This document shows positions 12,560 to 26,211 of a DNA stretch of 64,000 nt, piece by piece (position 1 is the stretch's first letter; each line of letters begins with the position of its first letter). A model generated the notes under the pieces. The model was not told the origin of the DNA. It was given only the letters and a program-made list of their open reading frames with translations, and ran no database searches. The translations under genes and the position numbers were made by a program. Source of the DNA: Octopus vulgaris (lineage: Eukaryota); NCBI GenBank assembly GCA_951406725.2, contig OX597830.1:7378001-7442000 (forward strand), in the 5' to 3' direction.

Positions 12560-13470
12560 AAATTTGCTTTCATAGATAAACGATATTGTAATGGTGAATA
12601 TTATGGAATCCCGAAAGTGTTTAAATACCAGATCAGAATTTCCCCACAGGTGACATCACATTGACAATATCTATATCAAGAGCACCAGAGAAAAGGTACG
12701 GAAAATGCTTCGTCGTTCAGTCAGAAAATTGGCTGCAATGGCAAAAATAAGCCGAACATCGATGTATCGCGTGCTGAAGGATCTCAGGATCCACTCCTAT
12801 AAGATGATCTGCAAGTTTGTAAGGCCATAAGACTGGAGAGAAATCGTCTTATCCTGCATCAGATTGCTGAAGGCACGTTGCCTAACTTGATGTCCACTGA
12901 CGAAAAGAAATTTGACATCGAACAGAATGACCGACTTTGAAGGATATCTGGTTCCGTCGAGAGCAGTCTCGTAAGTCAACATCAAAATCCGCAGTCAATC
13001 ATGCTTTGGGCGACTGTGACAGCCACTGGAAGATCACCCCTAGTTTGTGTGCCCTTCGCTGTTAAAATTTGCATCCAGCGATACATTACCAATATTCTGG
13101 AAGCAGAACTGCTTCCTTGGGAGAATGAGAACTTTCAAAATCCACCTTGGATCCTCCAGCAGGACTCAGAATCATCCCACATCTCCAAACAGATACAACA
13201 CTGGATTCAGAAAAACATTCCGTCGTTTATAGGCAATAATGTATGGCCCTCAAGAAGCACCAATCTCAATTCGTTGAATTTTTTTGGTAGGTCCATTTTG
13301 GAGACGAGGGTCTAGAGCACTCTCCATGCTTCGCTCAACTCTCTGAAAGCAAATCTGCGCCAGGAATAGGCTTCGATTGCACAAGAACAGCTGCGTCTCA
13401 CGTGTGAAGCATTCGAACCTAGACTTGAGGCTGTGGTTCGAAACAGATTTAGTCATATCGATTAAATGTA
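12560..13470 (+). pseudogene. degenerate DD37D (maT-like) Tc1/mariner transposase
   Basis: RSVRKLAAMAKISRTSM, TDEKKFDIEQ, MLWATVTATGRSPLV, QQD-37aa-N (WPSRSTNLNSLN, decayed from SPDLNPLD); stops and frameshifts. Confidence 0.85.
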
Positions 13471-13604
13471 GTAGTGTCACAATTGTATTTCCTTTACCAT
13501 TGCATTGCAACGCTCGGACCCGAAATATAACAATATTTTGTTTTCCACCACCACAACCACCACCACCGTAACACTTTCACGATAATCACTAATTCTACAC
13601 AACA

Positions 13605-13998
13605 GGCGCTGGCATGGCTGAGTGGGAAGAAGCTTGCGTCCCAACCACATCATTCCGGGTTCAGTTCCACTGCGTGGCACCTTGAGCGAGTGTCTTGTAC
13701 CACAGCCTCGGGCCAACCAAAACCATCTGAATGAATTTGATAGACGTCACTGAAAGAAGCTCGTCCTGTATATGTGTATATGTGTGTGTGTGTATGTATC
13801 TGTGTCTGTGTTTATCCCCTCCCCACTGCTTGACAACCGGTGTTGGTGTGTTTACGTCCCTGTGTCTGAGCGGTTCGGCAAAAGAGACTGATAGAAGTTC
13901 TGGAGGTAGATTCACGCGACTAAAAATTCTTCAAGACGGTGCCCCAGCATGGTCGCAGTCTAATAATGACTGAAACAAGTGAAAGAATAGAAGATGAA
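13605..13998 (+). mobile_element. family B SINE
   Basis: Matches 5984-6410 along its length. Confidence 0.85.
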
Positions 13999-14039
13999 AG
14001 ATGCAACCGATTCCAACCATATTACCGACTCCGCAACTC

Positions 14040-15800
14040 TGATCTCCAATTCTATGAACACTGCAACCGCCACACCACCGCCATCTCCCCAACCACTCTA
14101 CGAGCACCAATTACACCACCACCACCACTACCACTTAAAACATCAACGCCACAATTACGACCGCCGCCACTTCCAACACTGCCAACATCACCATCATCGC
14201 AACCGACATAACCATTACCACCACCACCATCATCACTATCAACACCACTACTACAACCACCACCACCAACAACGCCACCGATATGACAACTATCTCCACT
14301 ACCACCACCATCATCACCACAACTACAACCACCACCACAACAACGACTGCCACCACCAGCACCGCCGCCACCACTACCACCACCACCACAATCTGGAATA
14401 TCAGAACCAGCACTGGCTACATCGTTACATTCACTAATCCCACCATCACGAGCCGCAACGTGACCACCACCCCTAGTACCACCACCATCAGCATCATTGT
14501 CATGGATACTACAACCACGACTGCCTACTCTGCTGCATTCACCAATTCCACCACCATCTCGAGCACCAGCAGCATCACTACCGGCACTAGCAAGACCATG
14601 GGCACCATGATTACAACCAGCAACGCCAGCTCTACCATGACCACCTCCATGAGGGGCAATACTACGAATATTACTAATTCCACCACTACCACCATCAACG
14701 CTATTATCACAAACATCTCCGAACCACCAGCACCACCAGCACGACCACCAACACCACCACCACCACCACCACCACCACCACCACCACCACCACCACCACT
14801 ACCACCTGCCGCCGCCATCATCATCAACGTTACAACCAACACTAAATTATACCACTAGACTCATCCCCACCACAACCACCACTACCACCTGAACTGCTAC
14901 TACCTCATCACCACAACAACCACCACCGAAACTACAACCATTACAACTATCACCACGGCCACCACCACCACCACCGCAACTACCACACAACCATCACCAA
15001 CACCATACCCACAACAACCACCACCAAAACTACAACCATCACAACTATCACCACCACAATCACCACCATCACCACCACATCTAACATACCCACCACCACC
15101 ACCACCGCAACTACCGCACAACCATCACCAACACCATACCTACAACCACCACCACCATCACTATCTTAACTACCTCATCACCACAACCACCACCAAAACT
15201 ACAACCATCACAACTATCACCACGGCCACCACCACCACAATCACCACCATCTCCACCACATCTAACATACCCACCACCACCACCACCGCAACTACCACAC
15301 AACCATCATCAACACCATACCCACCACCACCACCACCACCACCACCATCACTATCTTAACTACCTCATCACCACAACCACCACCAAAACTACAACCATCA
15401 CAACTATCACCACAGCTACCACCTCTACCACCATCACCACTACATCTAACATACCCTCCAACACCTTTCCCATCACCACCTCAACTACCAGTGCTTCATT
15501 ACCACAGAAACCACCACCAAAACTACTACCAACACAGCCACCACTACTGCCACCGCCACCATCTCCACTGCCACCACCACCACCACCACCACCACCACCA
15601 CCACCACCACCACCACCACCAAGCGCAGCAACGCCGCCCATCCTGGGACGGTCTTGGCTGGTTTCCCGTTCATTCAGCTCGCATTGTTCCGTTTGAAACG
15701 GCAGTAATTCGGGAGCAAGCTAATTAGTTGGGCAAAATTTCCTGCTCACCGCTGCCGCCACCACCACCACCACCACCTGCACACCATCCAAGACGACACC
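14040..15800. repeat. degenerate (ACC)n/(ATC)n low-complexity tract with higher-order ~180-190 bp duplications
   Basis: Blocks such as caccaccaaaactacaaccatcacaactatcaccac recur near 15020, 15190 and 15380. Confidence 0.85.
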
Positions 15801-15940
15801 CCCCTTAACTAACCCCCACTCCCCATCACAGAAACTCCCTTCCAACTCCCAACTCCCAACCCCCTCGTCTTCAACCGCACACCCATCTCCTGTTCTTCAT
15901 CATTACATCCATACCAAGACCGTCGATGCTCTACCAATTC

Positions 15941-16001
<61 letters not shown>

Positions 16002-16656
16002 CTAAGTCAATCCTTCTCGCGTCATACCGCGCCCCCCCCCAACACCACCACATCGTTCCCCTCATTTTCTCATCTTCACCGCCATCACTGCCTTCACCAC
16101 CCTTCATCATCCTCATCATCATCATCACATAATCATCATCATCAATATCATCATGATCATCATCATCATCACCATCACTAACCGTCTTCATCTTTCAAGT
16201 CTTGTTCCAGTAAAATCACGGTGTGTATATTGTGAGCGATATGGTTGCAATATGATTACACTACAGCACGTATATATTATATACATATATATATGCATAT
16301 ATATATACATATATAGCATGTGGGTATATATGCGTTATATGTGCATATATGTAAATATATTCATCTATACATAATATACATGTACGTATATATGTAAATA
16401 TGTGTGTATGGATATATATGTACCTGATGTATGCATGCATGCATATATTTAAGTGTGTGTGAGTGTGTGTGAGTATGTATGTACACATAGATAGGGAGAG
16501 TTTACGAAAAATAGATACTTCCATTCATGCATCTATCTATCTACCTATCTATCTATGTATCTATCTATCTATATATATATACATATATGTATATATATAT
16601 ACATATATATATATGTATATATGTCTATATATATATATATATATAGACATATATAC

Positions 16657-16745
<89 letters not shown>

Positions 16746-17192
16746 TGTGTGTATATATATACACGCATAACCTTTTGATTTTGACTCATTGCTTATCACT
16801 GGAACTGCATAGAACTGATTAGGTTCGATCTAGGAACTCTGAGTTCAGTCTACCTATCCAGAGCTGTCTTAGTAGAATTATAAGTAGCCGAGTCAACCGA
16901 TTCACTGGCGAGGAGGAAAGCCAGTGAATAGATAGGTTAAATCTGAGGCCTTACAATGGCGAAGTCATCTACCCAGCATCTGTTTACGATAAGCAGATAT
17001 CGTAACTATTATACCGAATCTGGTTTTGTGTAAGCTACACCGTTACTACATTACAAGGCATCTGACTGTATAAACTACGTTATGATTAAGTGAGACATTG
17101 TTTTTACAGTGCTTCGTTGCTATAACACACAAGAAACTAGAGGATTTTAGTTAACAGTATATGTTGCGTGGGAGGCATGCAACTACAGGCGT

Positions 17193-17267
17193 AGGTAAAG
17201 AATACGCGCACCACCCGTTTTCAGCGTAGCTCTAACCCTAAACACTGGGAATGCGTATTCTTTACCT
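17193..17267. mobile_element. 75-bp palindromic mini-element
   Basis: Perfect 15-bp arms aggtaaagaatacgc / gcgtattctttacct, with ctaaccctaa in the loop. Confidence 0.6.
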
Positions 17268-17292
17268 CCAAAAATACGATATTAGTTTATAC

Positions 17293-17753
17293 CAGTGGTT
17301 CTCAACGAGGGTCCATATGACCTTTAAGGGTCGCATAAAATTTTGATGTTAAAATTTATGTATAATTTTTTGGTTATACTTCTACAGTGCACAAAATATT
17401 TTCATAATCCTTTCTACTGGAGACACAAGGCCTCAGATTTGTGTGGAGGGGACTTGTCGGTTACATTGACACCAGTGTTTCACTGGTTCTTAATTTACCG
17501 ACCTCGAAAGGATGAATGGCAAAGTCGACCTCGGCGGAATCTGAACTCAGGACGTAGCGACGGGCGAATTTACCGTTAAGCATTTCGTCCAGTGTGGTAA
17601 CGACTCTACCAGCTCACTGCCTTACAAAATATTTTAATATTTGATTATATAAATACAAGAGGATTTTTAAAAACATAGAAAATCTATGAGGGTCCACCCC
17701 AGTAAAATAGAAATCAAAGGGGTCCATAGACGACAGTTGGTGGAGAAACACTG
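17293..17753. mobile_element. hAT (Charlie-like) MITE with SINE insertion
   Basis: TIRs cagtggttctc / gagaaacactg; 8-bp TSD-like gtttatac/gtttatgt; minus-strand family A SINE 17407-17623 with TSD acaaaatatttt. Confidence 0.8.
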
Positions 17754-18192
17754 GTTTATGTGGTGTTTGTGCGGGCAAATAAACAAGAAACGTCTTTAAG
17801 AGAGTTTCAGGTCTTTTTATGAGTCTTTCTCAGCAGTTGGTTACCATCTTTAACTCCGCACTCCTTATAATCCGACTAATAATAGAGAGTCATTGCAACT
17901 GGGCAGACCAATGCTCGTCTTTAACAGCACCGTTGCCTTATAATGTAGTTGCGTCGTAATAACACCAGCTGTGAATAAAGAAGATTATCATTGAATTAGA
18001 AAGTTAGAACCGGTGAAGAAACCACATTATCGCTGGATTATAATGTAAAGTATTTGTCTCCTTCAAAGAAGTTTGTTTCCCTACAACATGGATTATGAAT
18101 GGATTGCGAGCGGATGTGGTACATCGTAGAATCTGAAACTGTGCAGAAGCACGTTATGCATGAATATAGAGATAAATATACAGAGACAGAGG

Positions 18193-18229
<37 letters not shown>

Positions 18230-18237
18230 AACACACA

Positions 18238-18281
<44 letters not shown>

Positions 18282-18608
18282 CATATATTTGTGTGTGTTT
18301 GTGTGTATGTATGTGTTCGTGTGTGCGTATGTGTGTGTGTGTATGTGTGTGTGTGTGTGATTGTACTCTAAATGAATCGACAGAGCATCGGGAAAAAATG
18401 CTTTACGCTTCTTGCGCTGGCACTTATGTTACGAGTTTGAGAGTTCAGTTCCTGTCAAGTTCAACCTCACTTTCCGTCCAAAAAGGCTGCAGTCTAATGA
18501 ACGAAACAAGTAAAAGAATAACAAAAAAATTATAAAAATAAAAACGCGTTAAGAATTATTGTACCTGGGTGTAAAAGGATTCTACAGGTAACCTGAACTT
18601 TCATCATG

Positions 18609-18930
<322 letters not shown>

Positions 18931-19440
18931 CTATGTTCAATCAGTCGGTTATGAAATACAGAGATCCTCAGGGAGAAAAACATGTAAAACATTTAGTGGA
19001 TGACTAGAAGCAATATAAGAGAGGCGATTGATAACTTCAGGAACAGAAACGGGGAAAATATAGTTTAGCTTACATACACAATTAAATGAAGGCGAACAAT
19101 TGTCATGTATGTATTTAAATTAATGAAACAAAATTTCAGTTTGCGTGAATACTCAGAAATATGAAGAACTATAAAATAAACCTCATTTTGCAGTAATTCT
19201 GAGATTAGAGATGCCAATTGGAGTAAAATATATTTATCTGCTATTGCCAGTCGATTTCTTTGGCTGTTCTCTGTTCTTTGGAGCAATTTGGTAAGTGATC
19301 GATATCAATTATTGTTATCTCCTCCCAGCTATGGTGTCTTTTTTGAAATGTTGCCCTAAAACATTACTTTATTTGCGAGGAAGCAACAGCAATTGTCATT
19401 CCCCCGTGCTTCTTTCTCTGTCTCAATTATTTAAGATATA

Positions 19441-19482
<42 letters not shown>

Positions 19483-19514
19483 TATGTATATATATATATA
19501 TATACATATATGTT

Positions 19515-19559
<45 letters not shown>

Positions 19560-19878
19560 TGTAACAATGTATACGATATATATGTATAAGGCAGACCACT
19601 AATATTACTATGTGTATGTATATATGTGTATCTTTGTGAGTGTGTGTGTGTGTGTATACGCACGCACAAACATTTATGTTGATTCATCAAAAAGCAGTGT
19701 AGTGGTGAATTAAAACTAAAGGATTATTCTGTGAAATACTGTTTGCAATGAAGTTGTAAGAATTGTTCCGGCTCGGAATTTCGCCTCAGCGTTGTTCTAC
19801 CTTTCTATCTAACCTCGATTCTTCCTGCTAACATCGCATTTTCTAAATGCATATTCCTGTGTTATGTGAACACATAAA

Positions 19879-19939
<61 letters not shown>

Positions 19940-20230
19940 CTATGTGCGTATATGTGTACGTATGTGTGTATGTATGTACGTATGTATGTGTGTGAGTGCA
20001 TCTATGCATGTACGCATGTATTGATGCATGTACAGATTTTGTTTTGTTGAAATTGAGACTAAGAGTTTGTCTCACGACTCGAGTTTCATGCCACTGCGAT
20101 CGTCAGGCGAGTGTCGTCAAAGTCGATTTCAGAATCAAAAATTCAGTTTTAGTTTCAATAAAAAAATACGCCATGTCGTTTGCAACACATATTGAGCATT
20201 CCTCTCTCATTTGTCCGGCTTAAGGTAACT

Positions 20231-20280
<50 letters not shown>

Positions 20281-20449
20281 TATATAAATATATATATAAT
20301 TTATATATTTATGTATATATATGTATATAAATTTATATATATATATATATGCATATACATATATATATATATAAATTTATATATATTTATATAAATATAT
20401 GTATATATATATGTATCTATCTTTTCGTTCTGCTTCTCATCTCTCTCTC

Positions 20450-20501
<52 letters not shown>

Positions 20502-20582
20502 TGTGTGTTTGCTCGTGTGTGTGAGTGTGCATGCATGAATAGCCATATATATAATTTCTGCCCTTGTGGTAAAATTCGAAAC

Positions 20583-20622
<40 letters not shown>

Positions 20623-20624
<2 letters not shown>

Positions 20625-20838
20625 GGTTTCAAATTTTACCACAAGGGCAGAAATTTTGGTGGAGAGGTTGATTGGCTTACATGGACTACAGTATGCAAAT
20701 GCTGCTTATTGTATCGACTCTGAATGGTTGAAAATCAAAGTTGACCTTCGGCGGAATTTGAATTCAAGACGTAGCGAGGAGCGAAATACCACTAAGCCTT
20801 TCGTCCTGTGTGCTTACGATTCTACCAGCTCGCCGCCT
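20623..20838 (-). mobile_element. family A SINE
   Basis: Reverse complement of aaggcggcgagctggtagaatcg... head and Meta-like core. Confidence 0.8.
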
Positions 20839-20855
20839 TATAATAATAATAATAA

Positions 20856-20951
<96 letters not shown>

Positions 20952-20992
20952 AAGAAGAAGAAGAAGAAGAAGAAGAAGAAGAAGAAGAAACT

Positions 20993-21360
20993 AAAACAAT
21001 ACCTGTTGTCATAGGTGCCCTGGGAATTAAAACAATACCTGTTGTCATAGGTGCCCTGGGAATGATAGCAAAAGGGGCTGATTGCTACCTAACTCAGATA
21101 CCAGGAAACCCCAAAATGGCAGAAATTCAAATGATAGTGCTCATGGGAACTGCTCATATCCTACGCAAAATACTTTCTATGTAATCTCAAGGTTTAAATC
21201 AAACATAATTAGAAAGTTAGAACCGGTGAAGAAACCACATTATCGCTGGATTATAATGTAAAGTATTTGTCTCCTTCAAAGAAGTTTGTTTCCCTACAAC
21301 ATGGATTATGAGGTTTAAATCAAACATAATTTTCGTTTTCTTTTTTAGACATAAAATAAT
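20993..21360 (+). mobile_element. 5'-truncated R4/Dong-like non-LTR retrotransposon (RLE C-terminus plus 3' UTR)
   Basis: KTIPVVIGALGMIAKG..EIQMIVLMGTAHILRKILSM* (21029-21184) matches the C-terminal motif of restriction-like-endonuclease LINEs; next to (TAA)n/(GAA)n; 36-bp tandem duplication at the 5' junction. Confidence 0.75.
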
Positions 21361-21364
21361 AATA

Positions 21365-21578
21365 ATCCTTTCTATTATAGGCACATGGCCAGCAATTTCG
21401 GAGGAGGGGGATAGTCGATTACATCGAATTCAATGTTTCACTAGCACTTAATTTATTGACCCCGAAAGGATGAAATGCAACGCCGATCTCGGCGAAATTT
21501 GAACACAAAACGTAAGACGGATGAAATGCCGCTAAGCGTTTCACCCGGAATGCTAACGTTTCTGCCAGCTCGCTGCCT
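21365..21578 (-). mobile_element. family A SINE
   Basis: Matches the family consensus. Confidence 0.85.
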
Positions 21579-21596
21579 TTCACCACCTTAATGAAA

Positions 21597-21949
<353 letters not shown>

Positions 21950-22903
21950 CAACTGCAAATTAGAGATAGACATATAAAAAATGGCTGACATAGGACTTTG
22001 TGGTTGTCAATTCCATTGTTATTGTTTGCGCGTGTCATATGTGCGTGTATGTATATGTGTGTGTTTGTGTCCGTGAACGCATGTGAGTGTTTGTGTTTTG
22101 TGTGTGGTTGCATGGTTTGTGCGTGTAAAACTGTGAGTGAGTGTAACATAAAATAGTGAATCTGTGGGTGTACGTGTGCACAATGCTGGTACGTGGACGT
22201 ATATATGTTGTGCTTGTGACCTTTGGTGAGTATAGCACACGGTGCTTGTGTGAGTGCTTTTGTGCTTGTGCATGTGTGTGTGTGTACAGAAGCGTGTGTT
22301 TGTTATAGTGTGTACAAAACAGAGAAATGCGCACATGGAAACAAAAACGTGTGTAGGTGTAGGTATGTGTGTGTGTGTGATTGCTTTCCGGAGCTTGGAA
22401 TCGAGAAATTAGGAGAAAAAATTTGCAACGCATTATATCACACTTGTATTGAGTACTTCTTTTTCTCCTTGCTCACACTTGACTATTTACATACAGGCAC
22501 ATAGACACATATGTACGTACGTATATAAATACACATATATTTACACACACACACACACACACACATATGCCTGTTTATGTCTATATATATATATATATAT
22601 ATATAGATATATATGCATATATATATATATATATATTTATTTATATATATATATTTATTTATATATATATTTATATATATTTATATATATATATATATAT
22701 ATATATTTACACACACACATGCACGTACCAAACGAAGAGAAAGAAAGAAATCAAAACATCAATGCTAAGAATGAAAGGGAAAAAATTGTAAAAATGAAAT
22801 AAATATAAAATATATAAAATATAAACAAAAATATATAAATAACAGTCTGAATGTCTGGTGTTTTGAACAACGAAGAAGAAACGTACCAGGAAACAGGTAT
22901 TGT

Positions 22904-22948
<45 letters not shown>

Positions 22949-23072
22949 AGAAGAAGAAGGAGAGAATACAGTCACAGTGATTATAGACATGTTAGAAGGA
23001 GTGTGAAAAGAGCGTGAGAGAGTAAACGAGTACAATAAGAAAGATATAAAAAAAAAAGAAACAAAAATAGAT

Positions 23073-23121
<49 letters not shown>

Positions 23122-23525
23122 TGAGGAGAAAGATAGACAACGGTCAGACAGACTTGTAGTGTAATTATTACGACTAATTAGTGTATTTAAGGCGCAAGGC
23201 TTTAAAAGAACACAAGAAGAAAGCGTGGAAAACTAAGAACCTGAAGACGAAAGCAAAGAAAATGAAGAAGAAAAAGAGAAAGAGGTAAAAAGAAAGAAAA
23301 AAAGAACGGCAAAATAACTACGAAAAAATGACCAATGAGACGCTAAACTCTGGCTGTGTTTTTTTTTTTCTCTTTCTTTGTGTTCTTTCGCGTGTCTTTT
23401 AGACTGAGCTTGGCAAATTCTCAAGAATGGTCATTCTGTCTATTTTACCTTCTATTTATTTCTTTTTGTATTTTGTTTGTTTAGCTCCTGTTACTATGTA
23501 TCATGTTCTATACATACACACAAAC

Positions 23526-23578
<53 letters not shown>

Positions 23579-23585
23579 TATGTAT

Positions 23586-23630
<45 letters not shown>

Positions 23631-23890
23631 TATATATATATATATATGCATACATATATATGTATGTATATATGTATATAAGTATTTGTGCTCTATTTTT
23701 TGTCTTCTTTTTGGTTGTCTTTCGTTGTTCTTCTTATTCACGTTTGATTTTCTTTCCATGAAATCCTGGAAAAGGAAGGGAAAAAAGGAAAAAAAATCAT
23801 CGAAATCAAAGCCAACATGTAATGATATGTCTATTACATGTATGTGTGTGTGTTTGGTAGAAGAAACAGGATACGCAGTACTCAACACAG

Positions 23891-23921
<31 letters not shown>

Positions 23922-24059
23922 CGCACACATATACGTTTTATTATTTTTAATTCCTAGAAGTTACAAAAGTCACTCGAGTGCCATGCACCACACTCTCTAC
24001 CTTTCATATCACATACTTTTGTAACTTTTACGATGATAAATAATACAAATGTATATACA

Positions 24060-24095
<36 letters not shown>

Positions 24096-24192
24096 TGTAT
24101 GTATGTATGTATGTATGTATGTATGTATGTATGTATGAATATATGTATATAATATACGCTCAAACACACACATATGCATATACAATAATATG

Positions 24193-24228
<36 letters not shown>

Positions 24229-24318
24229 CATATATGCACATGTACATACATCCGTATAAAAATATATACCAATATACTAAATTACTTATATATATATATT
24301 AATACACTTGTTAATCCT

Positions 24319-24397
<79 letters not shown>

Positions 24398-24589
24398 CAT
24401 ATATGCACATGTACACACATCCGAGTCCATTCTCTGAATGTGAGTTCGATGAATTATATTTAGTCTAGACACGGTTATAAATTTAAAAAATGTCTGATAC
24501 TCAGTCTTCGAACTTTGAGTTCTGTATTTTAATTGACCTGAAAGATGCTCCTATCAACACACAGACACACGCACACACACATTTTTATA

Positions 24590-24810
24590 TTCTTTTCTAC
24601 TCTAGGCACAAAACCCGAAACTTGGGGTAAGGGGCCAGTCGATTAGATCGACCCCATTACGCAATTGATACTTATTTTATCGACCCCGAAAGGATGAGAT
24701 GCATAGTTGACCTCGGTTGAATTTGAACTCAGAACGTAGCGGCAGACGAAATATCTCTAAGCATTTCCTACCAGCTCGCCGCCTTCCACATATTTATATA
24801 TGTATATATA

Positions 24811-24875
<65 letters not shown>

Positions 24876-25068
24876 AAGGCGGTGAGCTTGCAGAAACATT
24901 AGCACACACTGTCTATACGTTCTGAGTTCAAATTCCGCCGTGGGCGACTTTGCATTTCACCCTTTTGGGATCAAGAAATTAAGGACCAGTTGCGTACTGG
25001 GTCTATCTAATCGATTGACCCCCATCCTACAAAATTTTGGTTTTGGGCCTTGCGCCTAGAGTAGAAAA
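24590..25068. mobile_element. two family A SINEs head-to-head (24590-24786 minus, 24876-25068 plus)
   Basis: Same tail (gcctagagtagaaaag) on opposite strands, separated by (TA)n. Confidence 0.85.
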
Positions 25069-25370
25069 GTTTATATACACATACACAGGCACGCACATAA
25101 AAGTTGTATGAGTTTTTAGTTTCTCCAATCATGATATTATTCAGAAAATGTACTAAAATTAGCAGAAAATTGAGATTAACTTCAACTGTAAATCTTCAAC
25201 GCAGTTAACTAATTAAGAGTATGAGATATTTCCTTGATCTCTTTAGCTCATGACGGTTCACATTACAGCCTAATATAAAGTTATCATCTCTGTATAAACC
25301 CCTCGAGCGCATATGAAGTCCTTTATTCAAAATATCCAAAACATAGCTGAAATGATATATGTGGTTGACT

Positions 25371-25422
<52 letters not shown>

Positions 25423-25426
25423 CTTA

Positions 25427-25612
25427 AATTTTATACATCATATTTTTATGATCTTTATGACGTGCACATGTTTCTTTGAAACTACTCAAATAGATAAGCC
25501 CTGAAGAATCTGCACCGAAAATCGTGCCCGGTTGCATCTGCAACTGACCGTAATCTGTGCTGCGAAAACACGTGTAGGTCATAAGAGTGCATAAAAATAT
25601 GGTGTATAAAAT
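25427..25612 (+). mobile_element. Penelope-like fold-back element with long-stem-II hammerhead-like motif
   Basis: Arms 25427-25474 / 25564-25612; gcc-CTGAAGA (25501) .. GAAA-ACACGTGT-A-ggt; flanked by (TA)n. Confidence 0.65.
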
Positions 25613-25683
25613 TGTAAAATAAGAGAAAATTTATTTTGCGTATGAACAAATCTCCATATTCTTTATCGTTGTAACTATTGCTA

Positions 25684-25741
<58 letters not shown>

Positions 25742-25872
25742 TCATAAACGAGGGTGAAAAATTAGATAGTAATTTAATAATATCGTCAGTTTAACACCAA
25801 GTGGCCTAGCACATACCAGAATAAGGAGCTATTTCTAGCACTAGAGTTAGCCATTTATCGTTAACTCTCTTA

Positions 25873-25927
<55 letters not shown>

Positions 25928-25933
25928 AATAGG

Positions 25934-26211
25934 TGTAAAACACTCGGTTCATTCAGTGTTGTCAGCTATAAGGAATCCCAGACTCTTGTCAATGATATGT
26001 ACCTAAGAGAGACAACTTTGAACAAACTTATAAAGCAATAGATTTGCGGCTGATAGAACGAGGACATTTCACTGAATTTTACATAAACATCTTACTTATA
26101 AGTTTGTTCAGTTGCCCATGTTGTCTCATTGACAAGGGTCAAAAAATTCGAAACATCGATGTCTGAGATTCCTGATAGAGGACGACACTGAACAAACAGG
26201 GTGTTTTTACA
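25934..26211 (+). mobile_element. Penelope-like fold-back element with decayed hammerhead
   Basis: Arms ~25934-26033 / 26095-26211; TCTCA-ttgacaa-gggtc..attc-GAAAC-ATCGAT-GTC-TGAGA (26124-26168). Confidence 0.7.

Noticed and set aside
13994-14858. His-rich and Thr/Pro-rich mucin-like ORFs
   Set aside because: Several frames are open simply because (ACC)n lacks stops; no splice or homology evidence
16900-16930. 10-bp hairpin attcactggc/gccagtgaat
   Set aside because: Isolated; does not fit the hammerhead layout; plausible by chance
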